Below, piece after piece: positions 36,576 to 49,800 of a stretch of 64,000 nt of DNA; the first letter of the stretch is position 1, and every line of letters starts with the position of its first letter. The notes under the pieces are model-generated. The model saw nothing but the letters and a program-made list of their open reading frames with translations. It was not told where the DNA came from and made no database searches. Origin of the DNA: Tetramitus jugosus. Lineage: Eukaryota; Protista; Heterolobosea. The stretch covers positions 1-64,000 of the forward strand of contig OW569347.1 in the NCBI GenBank assembly GCA_937625935.1. The letters run 5' to 3'. A program made the position numbers and the translations under genes.

Positions 36576-38445
36576 ATGAGAAACAGAAACAGCGACAGAG
36601 AAACCGTGGTTTCCTACAGGGATGAAACTGTAAAGGAAGTTTATGAGCGATTGAAAAAAAAGCAGGAACAAGAATGGAGCAAGAACAGGGGCAGTGGTCG
36701 AATGAGCAGTGAACTTGACTTTATCAGAGAATCAAGCAGTGAGTTGTCAGGTTCTGAATCGGATCGACCTCAACAACAACAACAATCACCTTCCAAGAGC
36801 TCTTCTGACAAGGCAAAGAAGAGCACGAGTGGTGCAGGTGGCGCTTCTGTTGACTCACAGAGGAATATTCTGGTGAGCACAGTTCGTCCCTCGATTCTCT
36901 CATCAGAGTACAAGAGCACTCATACAGTGTCCTATCAAGGTTTCATCAATCTGGGTATACTCATGCTTGTTGTGTCTCATTTGGGATTGATTATGGAGAA
37001 TCTTCAAAAGTATGGTGTACTGATCAACACGTACAACAATATTGTAGAGTTTATTGGAGATCCGTCATCATTTCCTTCCTTGTCATTGACTGTCATGTTG
37101 CAAGCCTGGGTTCTATTGTCCTATTTGGTTGAGAAGATTGCTTCTAGTTTAACAATGAGAGAATATGAAAAGTTTAAGAAGGAGAAGGAGAGATTAGTCA
37201 AGAGAATGCAAAAGAAGACGAGCAAATCATCGTCATCGGCATCACCTTCTGCCTCTCAGCAGAGTGATGAGTCATCTGAGAAGAATATGAGCTCATCTGA
37301 CAGTGAGCAACGAAAGGTTGTGAAAAAGTCGTTTGCAGACTTGTGGAAGAAAATGATTAACCGTGTCAACATGTTCTCCATGATTTGCCATATCATTCTC
37401 ATCTCATCTCTGTTGGTTCTCCCAGTGATCTATATTCACCATATTAAGCCAAATCCTATCGCATCCATGATCAATTGCATATTCCAGACCATTATTTTCT
37501 TGAAGTTGATTTCCTATGCTGTCGTGAATGCCAAGTTGAGAGAGTGTATGTACGATCCTAGAAAGAGAGACGAAGAGTGTCCATCGATCGGACCGTTGAG
37601 ATACCCAGAAAACATTAGTATTTTGAATCTGTACTATTTCATGTGTGCACCTACTTTGGTTTATGAGGAAAACTTCCCGAGAAACAAGAGGATTCGCTGG
37701 GGATTTTTGCTCAAGAGAACACTCGAACTAATTTTGTTGAGTGTAATTATGGTGGCGATGGTAGAGCAGTACATTGTACCTTTGATTAAGAATACCATGG
37801 TTCCGATGGCAAACAATGACACGTTGCGCGTGTTTGAAAGATTGCTCAAGATTACCATTCCTATCATTGCAGTTTGGGTACTCGGATTCTATGCACTCTT
37901 CCATGTCTTCTTGAACATTACGGGTGAGTTATTGTGCTATGGTGATCGATTGTTTTATCAAGAGTGGTGGAATTCAACCACGATGGGATATTTCTGGAGA
38001 ACTTGGAACAAGCCTGTCAACTGCGTATGTTTTTATTTATGCTTCAAAATACTTGCCAACCATCATCCTCTGTTGTATGTGAACTAACATTTACATTTTG
38101 TTTTTCTTCGCATCTGAATAGTGGATGTACAATCACGTGTACGTCCCTCTCTTGAACAGAGGATATTCCCAGAACATGGCTTCATTCTTCGTCTTTTTTG
38201 TTTCTGCATTCTTCCATGAATTTGTGGTTTCTGTTCCGTTCCAAACAGTCAAGTTATGGAGTTTTACTGCTATGATTGTCCAAGTCCCTCTATCATATCT
38301 GACCAGAAAGTACACCAAAGGAAAGGTGTACGGTAATATTTTGTTCTGGGCTTCCTTCATGTTTGGTCAGTCCAATTGTATTTTGATGTACTATTATGCA
38401 TATACACAAGAGAACAATATGCTGGCAAATGTTGAGAGCAATTAA
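36576..38445 (+). CDS. DGAT1: Diacylglycerol O-acyltransferase 1 (MBOAT)
   Basis: PSILSSE, YQGFINL, LKLISY, APTLVYE..FPR, FYQEWWN, WRTWNKPV and SAFFHE; intron 38025-38121. Confidence 0.93.
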
Positions 38446-38462
38446 CTTGACCAACATTTCAT

Positions 38463-39944
38463 TTACTTTTTATAATAAAAACAAATAGGTCGATGATCAA
38501 AACCCTTCTTTTTCGAATGAGTCTTTGTATCTGTTGACTGGCATTCACTCTGGGCTGGTTCTGGTTGTCGCGACTCAACAAATCGAGTCACACATCTAGC
38601 GAATCCAATCTCATTCAGCAAATACTCATTGAACTGCGTAGGTCTAAACTGAATCGATTTCAGTATTCGTTGCGTCTTCTTTGTTAAATCGTTTCGTTTC
38701 GTATAGGATTTCCACAACTGTGGCTCAAAAACAAATACACCACCCGGTTTCAACATGTCATACACCTTTTGAAACAGGGTTTTCACTCCCTTGTCACCAA
38801 AATTTAAATGAATCCACTTTGAAACACTCATGCAGAATATAACATGATATTTTTGAGCATCACTTTCATTCACAGTCTCTTCCTGAACAAAATTCGATTT
38901 CATGAACCGAATATTATCATTATTGTCATCCTTCTCTATAACACCACCATCTACATCATCTACCTGATTTTCTACTATGAGATTTCTATCGTTATTAGTG
39001 ATAGTTGAGGTACCATCGCTATTATTAGATTGATCATTGTGTTTCTCGATTGTCAATTCGTCTTGCGCAGCAACTATTCCCTCTACTCCTTCTTCATCAG
39101 ATGCTAATACTACTCGATGATTTTCATCATTATTGTTCTTCTTGTCGTTGGATGAGTTTTTGTCATCACCTGCATTCACTATGTTTTCATGTCCATTATT
39201 ACGACTACCACTGCTACAAATAGTTTCACAAATTGTCTCATTCACTTCTGTTGTTGATATTGCTGTGGTCAAATTGTAATTAATTTGTTGAATGAGTTTC
39301 ATGCGTTCTTCTTCTTCTTCTTCCTTCTTCTTCTTCTTGTGTTCAACACTACTCTGAATATTATTCCTATGATGATGATGATGATTCATCTCATATGTTT
39401 CAAGCCATTGTTTGCTATTGATCTCTTCTTGTTTCATTTGTTTCCACATTTTCTTTGCTTTTCGAATCAACCCCGGGTCAATATCCACTCCAATCATGTT
39501 CATCATCTTCAACGACAATGATATTGGTGAAGAATTTTTTTTTGTTTCATCATCATGTGCTTCATTGCGAGTTGATTCTATCATTCTATTGTTGTTGTTA
39601 TTGTTGAATTGTTCCATGATTTGAATGGTGAATAGACCAGTGTTACATCCAATGTCCAAACCATTGATTTCATCATTCTTTGATTGATCATTAAAGTGCA
39701 AGTGTAGTTGATCGTGAATGATGGGTACTCTGGGATCTAGAAATGAAGGTTTTGTTGTTATAGTTGTTGATGATGCATGTGATGACAGTAATCGTATTCG
39801 ATAATAGTCATTGTAATTGCCATATGGAAATTGTTGTGAAGGGAGAGATGATGTTTTTTGTCTTTTGGGAGGTGTGGTTGTTGTTTGATCACTGGAAGAA
39901 GAGATGACAATTTCAGACCTTTTTCGTTTGTTGTTGTTTTTCAT
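38463..39944 (-). CDS. MEPCE: Bin3/MEPCE-family RNA methylphosphate capping methyltransferase
   Basis: YGNYNDYY, LDIGCNTG, GVDIDPGLI, SVSKWIHLNFGD and PGGVFVFEPQLWKSY. Confidence 0.88.
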   Translation of the reverse strand: MKNNNKRKRSEIVISSSSDQTTTTPPKRQKTSSLPSQQFPYGNYNDYYRIRLLSSHASSTTITTKPSFLDPRVPIIHDQLHLHFNDQSKNDEINGLDIGCNTGLFTIQIMEQFNNNNNNRMIESTRNEAHDDETKKNSSPISLSLKMMNMIGVDIDPGLIRKAKKMWKQMKQEEINSKQWLETYEMNHHHHHRNNIQSSVEHKKKKKEEEEEERMKLIQQINYNLTTAISTTEVNETICETICSSGSRNNGHENIVNAGDDKNSSNDKKNNNDENHRVVLASDEEGVEGIVAAQDELTIEKHNDQSNNSDGTSTITNNDRNLIVENQVDDVDGGVIEKDDNNDNIRFMKSNFVQEETVNESDAQKYHVIFCMSVSKWIHLNFGDKGVKTLFQKVYDMLKPGGVFVFEPQLWKSYTKRNDLTKKTQRILKSIQFRPTQFNEYLLNEIGFARCVTRFVESRQPEPAQSECQSTDTKTHSKKKGFDHRPICFYYKK

Positions 39945-40018
39945 GGTTTTGTTTTTAGGAATTGTTCATAAAAATTGAACCATTTATTTGTTTGTTGTTG
40001 AAGTTTGTGCAAACCTTC

Positions 40019-40279
40019 TCATCTTAATTGATGTTGTTGCTTCTGCTCATCTACGGTACGGCTGGTCTCTTTGGCTTTCCTTTCGACGTACTCTTCCAGA
40101 TTTTCTCCTTCTTCCATGTCCCTTGGGTGCTGATCAGAGGATCCTACTACCAGGGATTTGAGAGAATCGACGGCGACACCAGCCATCCCTGCAATGACAT
40201 TCGATGTAGATACAGCAGAATCCACTATTTGATCAGTAAGTGTATTACTTTTTTGTTTGTCTTCTCTAGGTTCTACCAT
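40019..40279 (-). CDS. Small hypothetical protein (86 aa)
   Basis: ATG ORF with an A/C-rich leader like those of neighbouring genes; no recognised motif. Confidence 0.5.
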   Translation of the reverse strand: MVEPREDKQKSNTLTDQIVDSAVSTSNVIAGMAGVAVDSLKSLVVGSSDQHPRDMEEGENLEEYVERKAKETSRTVDEQKQQHQLR

Positions 40280-40510
40280 GTTGTTGGTTCTTTTCTTTTG
40301 TTTTTTGTCAAGGAGAGAAGAACAATTGTTGGTTGACTGTATTGACGGCGATGTATTTTCGGACGAGAAACAAACACAAGAGTAAGGATAAATTGTTACG
40401 GTTAAATTATCTTTAATTAACTACCACATTGATCATGTGGAGCTTGCTAGTCATACAATTCGAAACATTTGTTCAGACACTATCAGTTTTGTTCAAGCGT
40501 GAGAGTGAAA

Positions 40511-41806
40511 TTACAATGGTCTTGCAGAGTAAATTGAACCTTCAATGCTACACTCATTGGAGCCTCTCTTGATCCAGAAGTATCCGCTCATTCCCCAGTT
40601 TGGTCCCCAACTGTTGGCAACAATCCAATATGGCAATCCAGAAGCGCTATCTGTTCCCCAACCAACAATTCTAATGGCATGACCTGCAACGAGAGAACCA
40701 TAAGTATGAGTGTAGACACCAGACTTGTAATAGTAGAAATCAGAGTAGACATAGTATGAGGCATGAACTGGGCCATAGGCAACAATATCATTCATCACAC
40801 TGGTCAAATCAGTACTGGCGAACTTCTTGATGGTGCTAGAGTTTGCTCTGTATCTGACGAATGAGCCAGAACCGGTACATGAGCTAGCACAAGCCTTATT
40901 GCTAGTATCGGATGCACTAATGTACGGAGTACATGTTTCAGTGGTTGTTCCAGTCTCAGCCATGAAAGTCCAGGTCTTTGACATGTAACCACCCTTGCAA
41001 GCCAAGTTGTAACTGTTGCAGTTTAGTTGGTATTGTGGGGAGAGAACAACCTTGGTTGCACCTTTGGAAGCAATACAGATTCTATCAGCTAACACTCCGC
41101 TAGCACTGAATGCCCAGCATCCTCCACAGCTTCCCTGAGACTTGATAGGTGACATGCATGTTGGCCACTTGGTACGAGCGTCAAAGGAACTTGGGAGTCC
41201 ATCGGTAACGGCTGGTGATGGAGCTGGTGATGGTGAAGGGGTTGGAGCAGGGGCCGGGGCAGGAGTTGGTGAAGGAGTTGGTGCTGGTGCTGGTGAAGGT
41301 GATGGAGTTGATGATTCAGCTCCGAAAACCAAATTACCATTCACGCAGTGATATTGAGTTGGGTTGTAGCAAGATCTTCCGCAAGCCTTCATTCCAGTTG
41401 GACACATTTGTCCATTGGTACAAGTGTATTGATTTGGATTATAGCAAGCACCATTACAGCAAGAAAGGGTACCACAGTTGACACCTCCGCAGGTCTCTTT
41501 AATCTTTCTGCTCTCAGGAGCAGTGGCATTGTTAAACATTTCTTCTTCTTCGTCTTCAATCTTCAGACCTACCAGGTAACTGAGATCTCTGACACGCTTG
41601 CCTTGGAAGTCCTCGTTCACACCAGCAGTCCATGAAGGATTGTTAAAGTTGATACGTTCGATAACAGCCTCATCGTCCAAGTCTTCAAATTCGTGATTCA
41701 CACCAGCAATGGATCTTGGGAATGCACTCATTACGAATGAGCAATAGGAGACTGCTAGGAGAAGCAGAGCCAACAAGATGGCAGAATTCTTTCTTGAGTA
41801 AGTCAT
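40511..41806 (-). CDS. Cathepsin B-like C1A cysteine protease with an inserted Cys-rich CBM52-like module and Pro-rich linker
   Basis: Signal peptide, propeptide (WTAGVN), QGSCGGCWAF, GHAIRIVGWG and YWIVANSWG. Confidence 0.9.
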   Translation of the reverse strand: MTYSRKNSAILLALLLLAVSYCSFVMSAFPRSIAGVNHEFEDLDDEAVIERINFNNPSWTAGVNEDFQGKRVRDLSYLVGLKIEDEEEEMFNNATAPESRKIKETCGGVNCGTLSCCNGACYNPNQYTCTNGQMCPTGMKACGRSCYNPTQYHCVNGNLVFGAESSTPSPSPAPAPTPSPTPAPAPAPTPSPSPAPSPAVTDGLPSSFDARTKWPTCMSPIKSQGSCGGCWAFSASGVLADRICIASKGATKVVLSPQYQLNCNSYNLACKGGYMSKTWTFMAETGTTTETCTPYISASDTSNKACASSCTGSGSFVRYRANSSTIKKFASTDLTSVMNDIVAYGPVHASYYVYSDFYYYKSGVYTHTYGSLVAGHAIRIVGWGTDSASGLPYWIVANSWGPNWGMSGYFWIKRGSNECSIEGSIYSARPL

Positions 41807-42449
41807 GATGATTCTTTCAGGGGTATTAAAGAGTTTGTTGTTGTTTTGTGTTTGTGTTGTTATCCAAAGTGGTGTTGTCTGGGTGTTGCTTTTATACTGT
41901 TGGTTGGGTGTTACTCAACCCATGCGTTTGTAACCTTTCGAATCTAGATTGATTCGCGGAAAGCGTCACATACATTGACAGCGTCAGTCACATAAAACGT
42001 GCGAGCGTACGGAGGTCACTTCGAATCTGCGCCAGAGTGAAAGAAGAATCCATTGACAGGGTACCATTCTCCGAGACAGGGACAGCGTCGTTCTATTTCA
42101 CATTTCGGCCAGTTGTTTGAAAATGGTGATGAAACAGTTGATTCGACGCGAGAGTCTTGACAAGATTCGCGCAAAAGACTTGACTCTCTAATTTGCCTAT
42201 AAACATCGAATCGAAAAAGATGCAACACCTCCGCCGTCAAGTGAAATAATGGTTAATTATGTCATTTGTTTGTTGTTTGAACTTTGTCGGACTTTTTAAA
42301 CACAAAAATGAAGTCTCAACCAAAATGAAGAAGTCGGAGGAGTTTCACACAATTTTCTCCACCGCCACACATGTGAAAAAAAACACAATTTTTTCCCATC
42401 TTGTTCAATTCTTAAGAGCCAACAACATCAACAAACGCGAGAACAAAAG

Positions 42450-44969
42450 ATGAGTGACGCACCAGCACCAACCATTCACAGAGCCGGTTCAGGCAAACAA
42501 GTCCACAAACCATACAAATCCAAACACTCTACCAAAAATTCACTCAAACGAACCAACAAGGGCAGAATCATCAAGGGTGCCTCACTGAAACACAACATGA
42601 TTGCAGGACAAGAACAAATGAGCAGAACACAGCGCAGAAATCGTTCCGAACAAATCAGAAAACAAAAAAAAGACAATGTTCTCTTCCAAAAGAGAATTGG
42701 TCAGGAAAGTGCACCAAAAATTGTTGCCATGATTTCATTGAGTGAACAAGAGTCCATGTCAGTCAGTATGAGTGAGATTCGATCTCAACTCGATCAACAA
42801 TTTTCATCATCATCATCATCATCAACAACAACAAGCATCTCTCCAAACATTCCACTCACAATCAAATTGGACAAGAAACGAGTCACGTTATTTGAAGTGG
42901 CAAGAGAAGCGAGAGCAGTGTTGGATGCTGGAAAAGTGGCTGATATCCTGTTGTTTGTCATTGATGGAGAGAATGGAGTGGATTCACTAGGTGAATTTTT
43001 CATTTCATTGTTGAGAGCTCAGGGATTTTGTTCCTCACTCGTATTGATGACCGGATTGGAAAAATTGGGCAAGAAGAAGCATGATGTGAAAAAGTATTGG
43101 ACTCGATGGATTCAAGAACAAGTACCAGATGATCCACGTGTCATTCCATTCGAATCCAAGAATCAAAGTGATGTGAAACAGTTGGGAAGATGGCTCGGTG
43201 AACAATCAGTCAAGGAGATTCAGTGGAGAGAGAAACGGCCATATCTCGTGGTTGAAAAGTATGAGTTTGTGCCTTCGACGACAACATCGGCAGAAACATC
43301 AACAGTCGATGCATCCTCCAACAATGATCCATTGAGTTCATTGGCTCACGTTCACAAGAATGGTACGTTGATTGTTCGTGGATTCTTGCGTGGTAAGGGC
43401 ATTACACCCAATCAATTGGTTCACATTGTCAACTATGGTACCTATCAATTGTCAAAGATTGAATTGTTGGATGATCCATGTCCACTCAAGAAGAGAGTTG
43501 TGAACAATGATGACGATGAGATGAACAATGACAGTTCTAGCAAGTATTTGTTGGCTGATCCTGCCAAGCAAGAATCATTGCAGACCTCTCTGCCTCCAGA
43601 CACAACCATGAATGAGCAAACATGGCCAACAGAAGAAGATTTCCAACAACAGATTGCAGCAAAGAAGATCAAGAAGGTTCCAAAGGGATTCTCAGAGTAT
43701 CAAGCCGCTTGGATTGTCGATAGCGATAATGAGGCAGAGGACGGTGACGAAGAGGAGGAAGACGAAGATGAAATGGGTGATTATGATGATGAAGAAGATG
43801 ACAATTTGGAAGATGGTGACGATTATCAGTTCAATGATGTTGCATCAGAGGCTCAGACACATGTTGATAGACACTTTAATATTGACGATGATGAGGCAAT
43901 GACTGAGGAGGAGCGTATTGCCGAGAGAGAGCGTATCATGAAGAAGATTCAAGAGAGCAGAGAAGATATGGAGTTCCCAGATGAGGTCGTAACACCTATT
44001 GACGTTGCAGCAAGAGTTCGATTCCAAAAGTATCGTGGTCTCAAGAGTTTCAGACAATCCCCATGGGATCCAAAGGAGAACTTGCCTGTTGACTACTCTC
44101 GTATTTTCCAATTTGAAAACTTCCAGAGATCACAAAAGTTGTCCATGTTGGACCCTTCTGAATACTCAGAGGAAGCATGTGCTGATCGTGAGTCCTATGT
44201 GGCATTCCACATCAATGACGTACCAGAGAATTTGGTCCAAATTCACGAGTCCAACCCTGTCTCTCCACTGCTCGTCTTTGGATTGATGAGACATGAACAA
44301 AAGTACTCTGTCATGCACTTCCAAATCAAGAAGTGTCCCGACTATGATGAGCCAATCAAGTCAAAGGACGAATTAATTGTTCAGATTGGCTTTAGAACTT
44401 TCAAGTGCAATCCTGTTTATTCTGAACACAATCCTAGAAACGACAAGCACAAGTTCGAGAGATTCTTGCAACCACATAGATTCTTGGCTGCTTCCGTGTT
44501 TGCTCCTATCACTTTCAAGCCTTCTCCAGTGCTAATGTTCAAGAGAGATCCTAATGCTCTGAACAAAAACGACAGATTAAGACTGGTAGCTACAGGTGCA
44601 CTGTTAGGCGTTGATCCAGATCGAGTGATGATTAAGAAGCTCATTTTGACAGGTCATCCATTCAAGATTCATAAGAAGCAGAGTGTTGTGCGTTACATGT
44701 TCCACAACGCTGAAGATATCCGTTGGTTCAGACCTGTTGAAATTTATACAAAGAATGGTAGACATGGTATTATCAAGGAGTCTCTCGGTACTCACGGTTA
44801 CATGAAGTGCTTGTTCGATGATGTCGTGCATCAGTCTGACACAGTGTGCATGAATTTATACAAGCGTGTGTATCCTAAGTGGACAACTGAACATTTCTCG
44901 CTATTGTTCAATCAGAGTCAACCATCCGGAACGACGATTGAAGACGTCACAATGGAAGACGAAGAATAA
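42450..44969 (+). CDS. TSR1: Pre-40S ribosome biogenesis factor TSR1
   Basis: HKPYKSKH, EQTWPTEE, VPKGFSEYQAAWI, FPDEV.TP, RFQKYRGLKSFR and LGTHGYMKC. Confidence 0.96.
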   Translation: MSDAPAPTIHRAGSGKQVHKPYKSKHSTKNSLKRTNKGRIIKGASLKHNMIAGQEQMSRTQRRNRSEQIRKQKKDNVLFQKRIGQESAPKIVAMISLSEQESMSVSMSEIRSQLDQQFSSSSSSSTTTSISPNIPLTIKLDKKRVTLFEVAREARAVLDAGKVADILLFVIDGENGVDSLGEFFISLLRAQGFCSSLVLMTGLEKLGKKKHDVKKYWTRWIQEQVPDDPRVIPFESKNQSDVKQLGRWLGEQSVKEIQWREKRPYLVVEKYEFVPSTTTSAETSTVDASSNNDPLSSLAHVHKNGTLIVRGFLRGKGITPNQLVHIVNYGTYQLSKIELLDDPCPLKKRVVNNDDDEMNNDSSSKYLLADPAKQESLQTSLPPDTTMNEQTWPTEEDFQQQIAAKKIKKVPKGFSEYQAAWIVDSDNEAEDGDEEEEDEDEMGDYDDEEDDNLEDGDDYQFNDVASEAQTHVDRHFNIDDDEAMTEEERIAERERIMKKIQESREDMEFPDEVVTPIDVAARVRFQKYRGLKSFRQSPWDPKENLPVDYSRIFQFENFQRSQKLSMLDPSEYSEEACADRESYVAFHINDVPENLVQIHESNPVSPLLVFGLMRHEQKYSVMHFQIKKCPDYDEPIKSKDELIVQIGFRTFKCNPVYSEHNPRNDKHKFERFLQPHRFLAASVFAPITFKPSPVLMFKRDPNALNKNDRLRLVATGALLGVDPDRVMIKKLILTGHPFKIHKKQSVVRYMFHNAEDIRWFRPVEIYTKNGRHGIIKESLGTHGYMKCLFDDVVHQSDTVCMNLYKRVYPKWTTEHFSLLFNQSQPSGTTIEDVTMEDEE

Positions 44970-44995
44970 AAACTTATATTCATACATGTGATATC

Positions 44996-46130
44996 TTACT
45001 CTATTCTTTGCACAATCTCCTTCAAAATTGTTTCCCATGCTGTGAAGAAGTAAAGATGCCCATATTCTTCTGCGATGAATTCTGTCGAGTTGGGTATCGC
45101 TCGCGTGAGATATCTTCCCATGGGTGGGACACATTGCTTGTCTAATCATTGAGTGGATTGTTTATGGTTAGTAACACTCATGTCGTTGTTGATTGGCGAA
45201 TGAATACAATCGGATACTTACCTTTCAAGCCATAAAACACGAGAACTGAAATGTCCCGCGAGATTTCCTCCAAATGAAATCCCCAGATATTGGCAAACAA
45301 GTAACATTCCCAAGCCTCAGTGTAGTATTGCTCTTTTCTGTTGTTTCGAGAGTTCAGAGGAATACAATAGATTAGAAGGTATTGACATAAACCAATGATC
45401 GAACAAAAGCAAAGGATACTTACTCATAGGCATGAAGTGTGTTTGTAAGAAAAGTGTCCCTAATATCATGATTATTTGTCACAAGGTCAAAGTCTTCTGG
45501 AGATATGTCCTTCCATTGATTGCAAATGTGTTGTTGTTTGTCTGGCAATGTTTTATCGATTAGCTGGCGAGCGTCCTTCGCAAACACCCTAGCTACAATT
45601 CCAGGAGAATACTTGGACAGCCAAAATCCAAGTCTCAACTTGAAAGGCATACCATCTGTTGAATCAGGTTGCTCTCTGGGACCGAGAGAACTCACAGGAA
45701 CAACGCATTTTAATCTTTGAGACAATTGAGCATGAGAAGCACATGCCAGAGCAAAAGGACCTCCAGCCGAATATCCAATGATTGATATTTTTTCATCTTC
45801 ATCAATGTTCAGGTGTTCCAACAGTTCGAGCACATCGTCACCATAGTCTAACAATGAACGATTCTCTTTGATGGTAGAATCTCCGAAACCAGGTCGATCC
45901 AGACTGAGTAATCGAATGTTGGATCGAACATCAGGTGACATCAGATGAGATACTTGATGATTGGAGAGGAATCCTCGATATCCAGGTGATCCATGAAAGT
46001 AAAGGACCAGATGTCGACGAGCCGGTGGTTGATGGTTGGGAGAGAATTCTTCGATTGGAATCCATTCTCTGTAGTACAGCAATCGCTGATCAGATAGGGT
46101 GACAAAAGAGTCTTGTGCCGTCCAGGTCAT
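44996..46130 (-). CDS. Alpha/beta hydrolase, three exons
   Basis: YFHGSPG, DRPGFG and GYSAGG; later exons give YGLK|DKQCV and EYGHL. Confidence 0.82.
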
Positions 46131-46832
46131 TTTCAATTAAGATTGTTTTCGTTGATCTGTTTCTTGGTTGATTGGTTTCTTTTCCTGGAAACGAAAACAA
46201 TCTTAATTCTGACTTATTTTTTCTTCCTCATCTGTGACGTCAGACAAGATAGGAACTGTTGATCCCCAAGTTCAACAGTTTTTTTATCAAAAGCTGTTGT
46301 ATATCTTGTCTTTGTTTTCAATCCAATTTGCTTTATCCATGCCAAAAAACACCCATTCAAACCCAAAAATAAGAAGATCTTATGTAACAGCAATAGTTAA
46401 GATACTATGGGTAGGAACCTTCGAATCAACCGATCGCATTGTCTCATGCACAAATGATGGATCTAGCTCTTGGTTGACAGGTACATCTGGATCAGCCATT
46501 GTATCTCTGGGAGTACTATCTTCGCGGATTTGTCGAAAACGACACGTCGGTCTTGGGGTGGATATGTTCGTGACAGATGTACAGAACGGCAATACATCCT
46601 TGAACGAGAAAACAACATTAACATGGCCAGTTAGGGATGTTTCTTCATCTTCTATTTCTTGCAGGTCTTCTAGAAGAGAATAGCCTGCGCATCGACATCT
46701 ACAGCGGAGAATGTGCCGCGGATTCAGAGTTATTTCTCCTCGCAGCAAAGGAAGATGCGCGAAAATTCACCGCAAAAAATCTTTATTAGCGCGACAAAAC
46801 AACAAAACAGCAACAACAAACACCACCGTTTC

Positions 46833-49800
46833 ATGAAATCCAATCGAACCACCACTTATTTATTGATTTCATTGTTGTGGTTTCTATTGTTGTTCTCACA
46901 TATCTCCAATGCTTCCACACCAACAACCAAACATGCCCTTCCCACAAACAATAACAAAAATAACAACAATATTGATTTACTCCATGTGAGCACTGCTCTC
47001 AACTCAACCACACCCAACAATGAAACAACCAACAACAGTAATTCAACCTCACCACCATCACCATCCAACCAACAACAACAAAATTGTAGTACTGTACCAT
47101 CACTCTATCAACAACCTTCCTTTTCTGGTCATGCAATGAACTTGAATGACACGAGTGCACTCAACACGACAACTGCCTATCAAATTACTCTTGTTCCATT
47201 ATCGAATAGTGGTGAAGTTGATCCCACAATTCAATTCCTCACTCGAACCAATCAAAAATTATCTTATTACATGACGAATGATCCAGTAAAGTTTCTATCG
47301 ATGCATCCAGAAGGTCGATTCTTTAGTGCTGGAATGTTGTACGAGTTCTTTACGTTTATGACTGTTCAGTTGAATGGTTCACTGTGCTTGTCAGATGAGA
47401 TGAGTCAGCCAACACTGACCTTTTTCCCTCCTTCGCTCAGGAATATGACCTATTTTTTGCAAAAGCAGTTTCCTACGTTGAAAATGAAAGAAACATGTGT
47501 GGTGCACCTGAATGATCATTTTAATTATTTTTCATTGACTGCTGGCAATGTTTCCGTGTACTGTTGTCAGTGGGATGCTACAAAGAGTGAAGTAACCAAT
47601 TGTAGACAGATTGCCAATCCACCAAAATATCTGGCCGCACGTATGATTATATCCCTTGTCATTATTTGTTGGTTTTTGACTCTGCAAGTACGAGGACTGT
47701 TAATCTATGATGGTTGGCATAAACCTGTGGAATTTTGGTATGAAACAACCAATGATCGAGCAGATGATGACGTTTTGACAAAATTGTTGTCCGAGTATTG
47801 GATCATTCAAGTGGTTGTTCGGATAAAACTATGGATGGATCACAAGATTCCCTATCGAGTCATATTTGTCAAGATGCAAAAGTTGAACCCATGGAATTGG
47901 CCAATGTGCACACGGTGGAGAACAGACAAAGAACAAGAAGAAGAGAAACAGAATTTGCTTGTCGAAGAGTTGAATTTAAGCAGAGAGAGTGTCGTGGAGA
48001 GAATTGAGACAGTTGATGAAGGACTTAGTTCGCGCCCGTTAAGAATCACGCAAGTGATAACACAGATATTCCTACCCTGCATTTTCTTCTCTGTGATTGT
48101 GCTCTTCAACATCTATGTGCCTCGAGGAACAGAGGGCTTGCCGGATGTGTACGTCAAGGTGCGAACAGAGAACTTTCTATCACTACTGTCGTACAATATG
48201 GAGCCGCAGTCCGGTCGTCAAACAACGATATCCATAGTGATCGTTATCTCGTACTTGATTCTGAATTTTCTCCAATACTTTTATCGTGGATCGCGCTATA
48301 TTCGTTGGTGTCACAACTATACTCGAGTGCCAAGAGTGATCAACTTTGTTATCGCAGGGTATGCATGCAGTCATTTTGTCGTTTGATACTATTGTACAGA
48401 ATGGTTCATCATCTAACAACTTTTATTTTATAGGTGGAGTTTAGTATTCTTACTCTTGCCCATCGTCATTCAAGTGCCAGTATACCTGAAGACGTCCTAC
48501 GATCCAAAATCTGACTCTTTGAATCTAATCTATATACGATATACGCTCTTGTCAATTGCATCATTGGTTGTATTTCTCGTATCAGTTCAAATCCATGTGG
48601 ACTTCAATATTCCCGAGCGACGTTTCTGGATATTTAGAACTTTATTGGTTAATTTGGTTGTGAATACGCTCTATGTTGCTGCCACACTAATGGTTGGAAT
48701 GGTAGTCGCAAATATGATCGTTGGATTTGTGTGGTATTGGGTATTGTGTATTGCACAGAGCACCTCGCGTCTCCATCTTGCTCTATTCTTCGGTATCGTG
48801 ATTGGTATGTTTAGAAGTGCCAGACAATCTTTCTTACAGCCACTGGTTGTTGTAAGGTCGCAACTCAAGTCAACAGCCACCACGTGTATTATTAAGAGAA
48901 GAGACAAACCAATTGATATCAAGTATCCTTGGTTCACATGGAAACATGAAATTGGAAAGCGTGACCGATTCTTTACATTGTACAATGGTGGCATATTGAA
49001 CTTGGTGGATGAAGAAAAGATAGCCAAAAAGAAAAAGGACGAGGAAGAGAAAAAGAGTAAAGAGGATGCAATCAAGAAGAAGGGTTATCCAACGCCACCC
49101 ACTAGTGATAAGACTCCAGAAAAGACTCTTATGTTAACGGATCACCAAATTAGAAGTGTTATGCGATTTGCTGATGATCCTGTGAAGTATGGACGACCAA
49201 TTATTCAAGATTCAGGTGGGTGCTTCCACGTCCCAATGACTTATATAGATTTATTGCGGCTAAAGAGTCAGTGTATGAACGATATGGAACATCTCATTCA
49301 ATTGATAATGACAAATGCGGCTAAGTTACTGTTCACATTTATCTTGGTGCTTGCATTCAGCAATGTGACAACATTAGACAAGACAATATTGGATTCCGTG
49401 CCGCTGCTCACTGCTGCTTTCATTCCATTCTTCTTCTTCGGTAAATCCAACGAGCAACTATCACAAGAAATTAGTCGAAGATTTCAATCAGCGCAAAGAA
49501 GTGAGTTGGACAGGGTTCGTTTGGCTAACAGTCGGTACAAGGATGTTAAAATTGAGAAGCTCTCGTGGACAATGTTGCACGTAGACAACGCTCCTAAAGA
49601 ACTTCAATTATTGGACGACAGTACACTTTGGGGAGTATCAGATCGTTTCTTGTCTGAATGGTTTGCTGGAAAGGCATTTAAGAGCAAGGAAGAATTTGTG
49701 ACATTTTTGCAGAGTCATCTCATTCATAAGAGTTTTACGAGAACTCCAACTGAAACACAAGCCGAACTCGTGTATACTGTTCTCAACAGTCAAAATTTGG

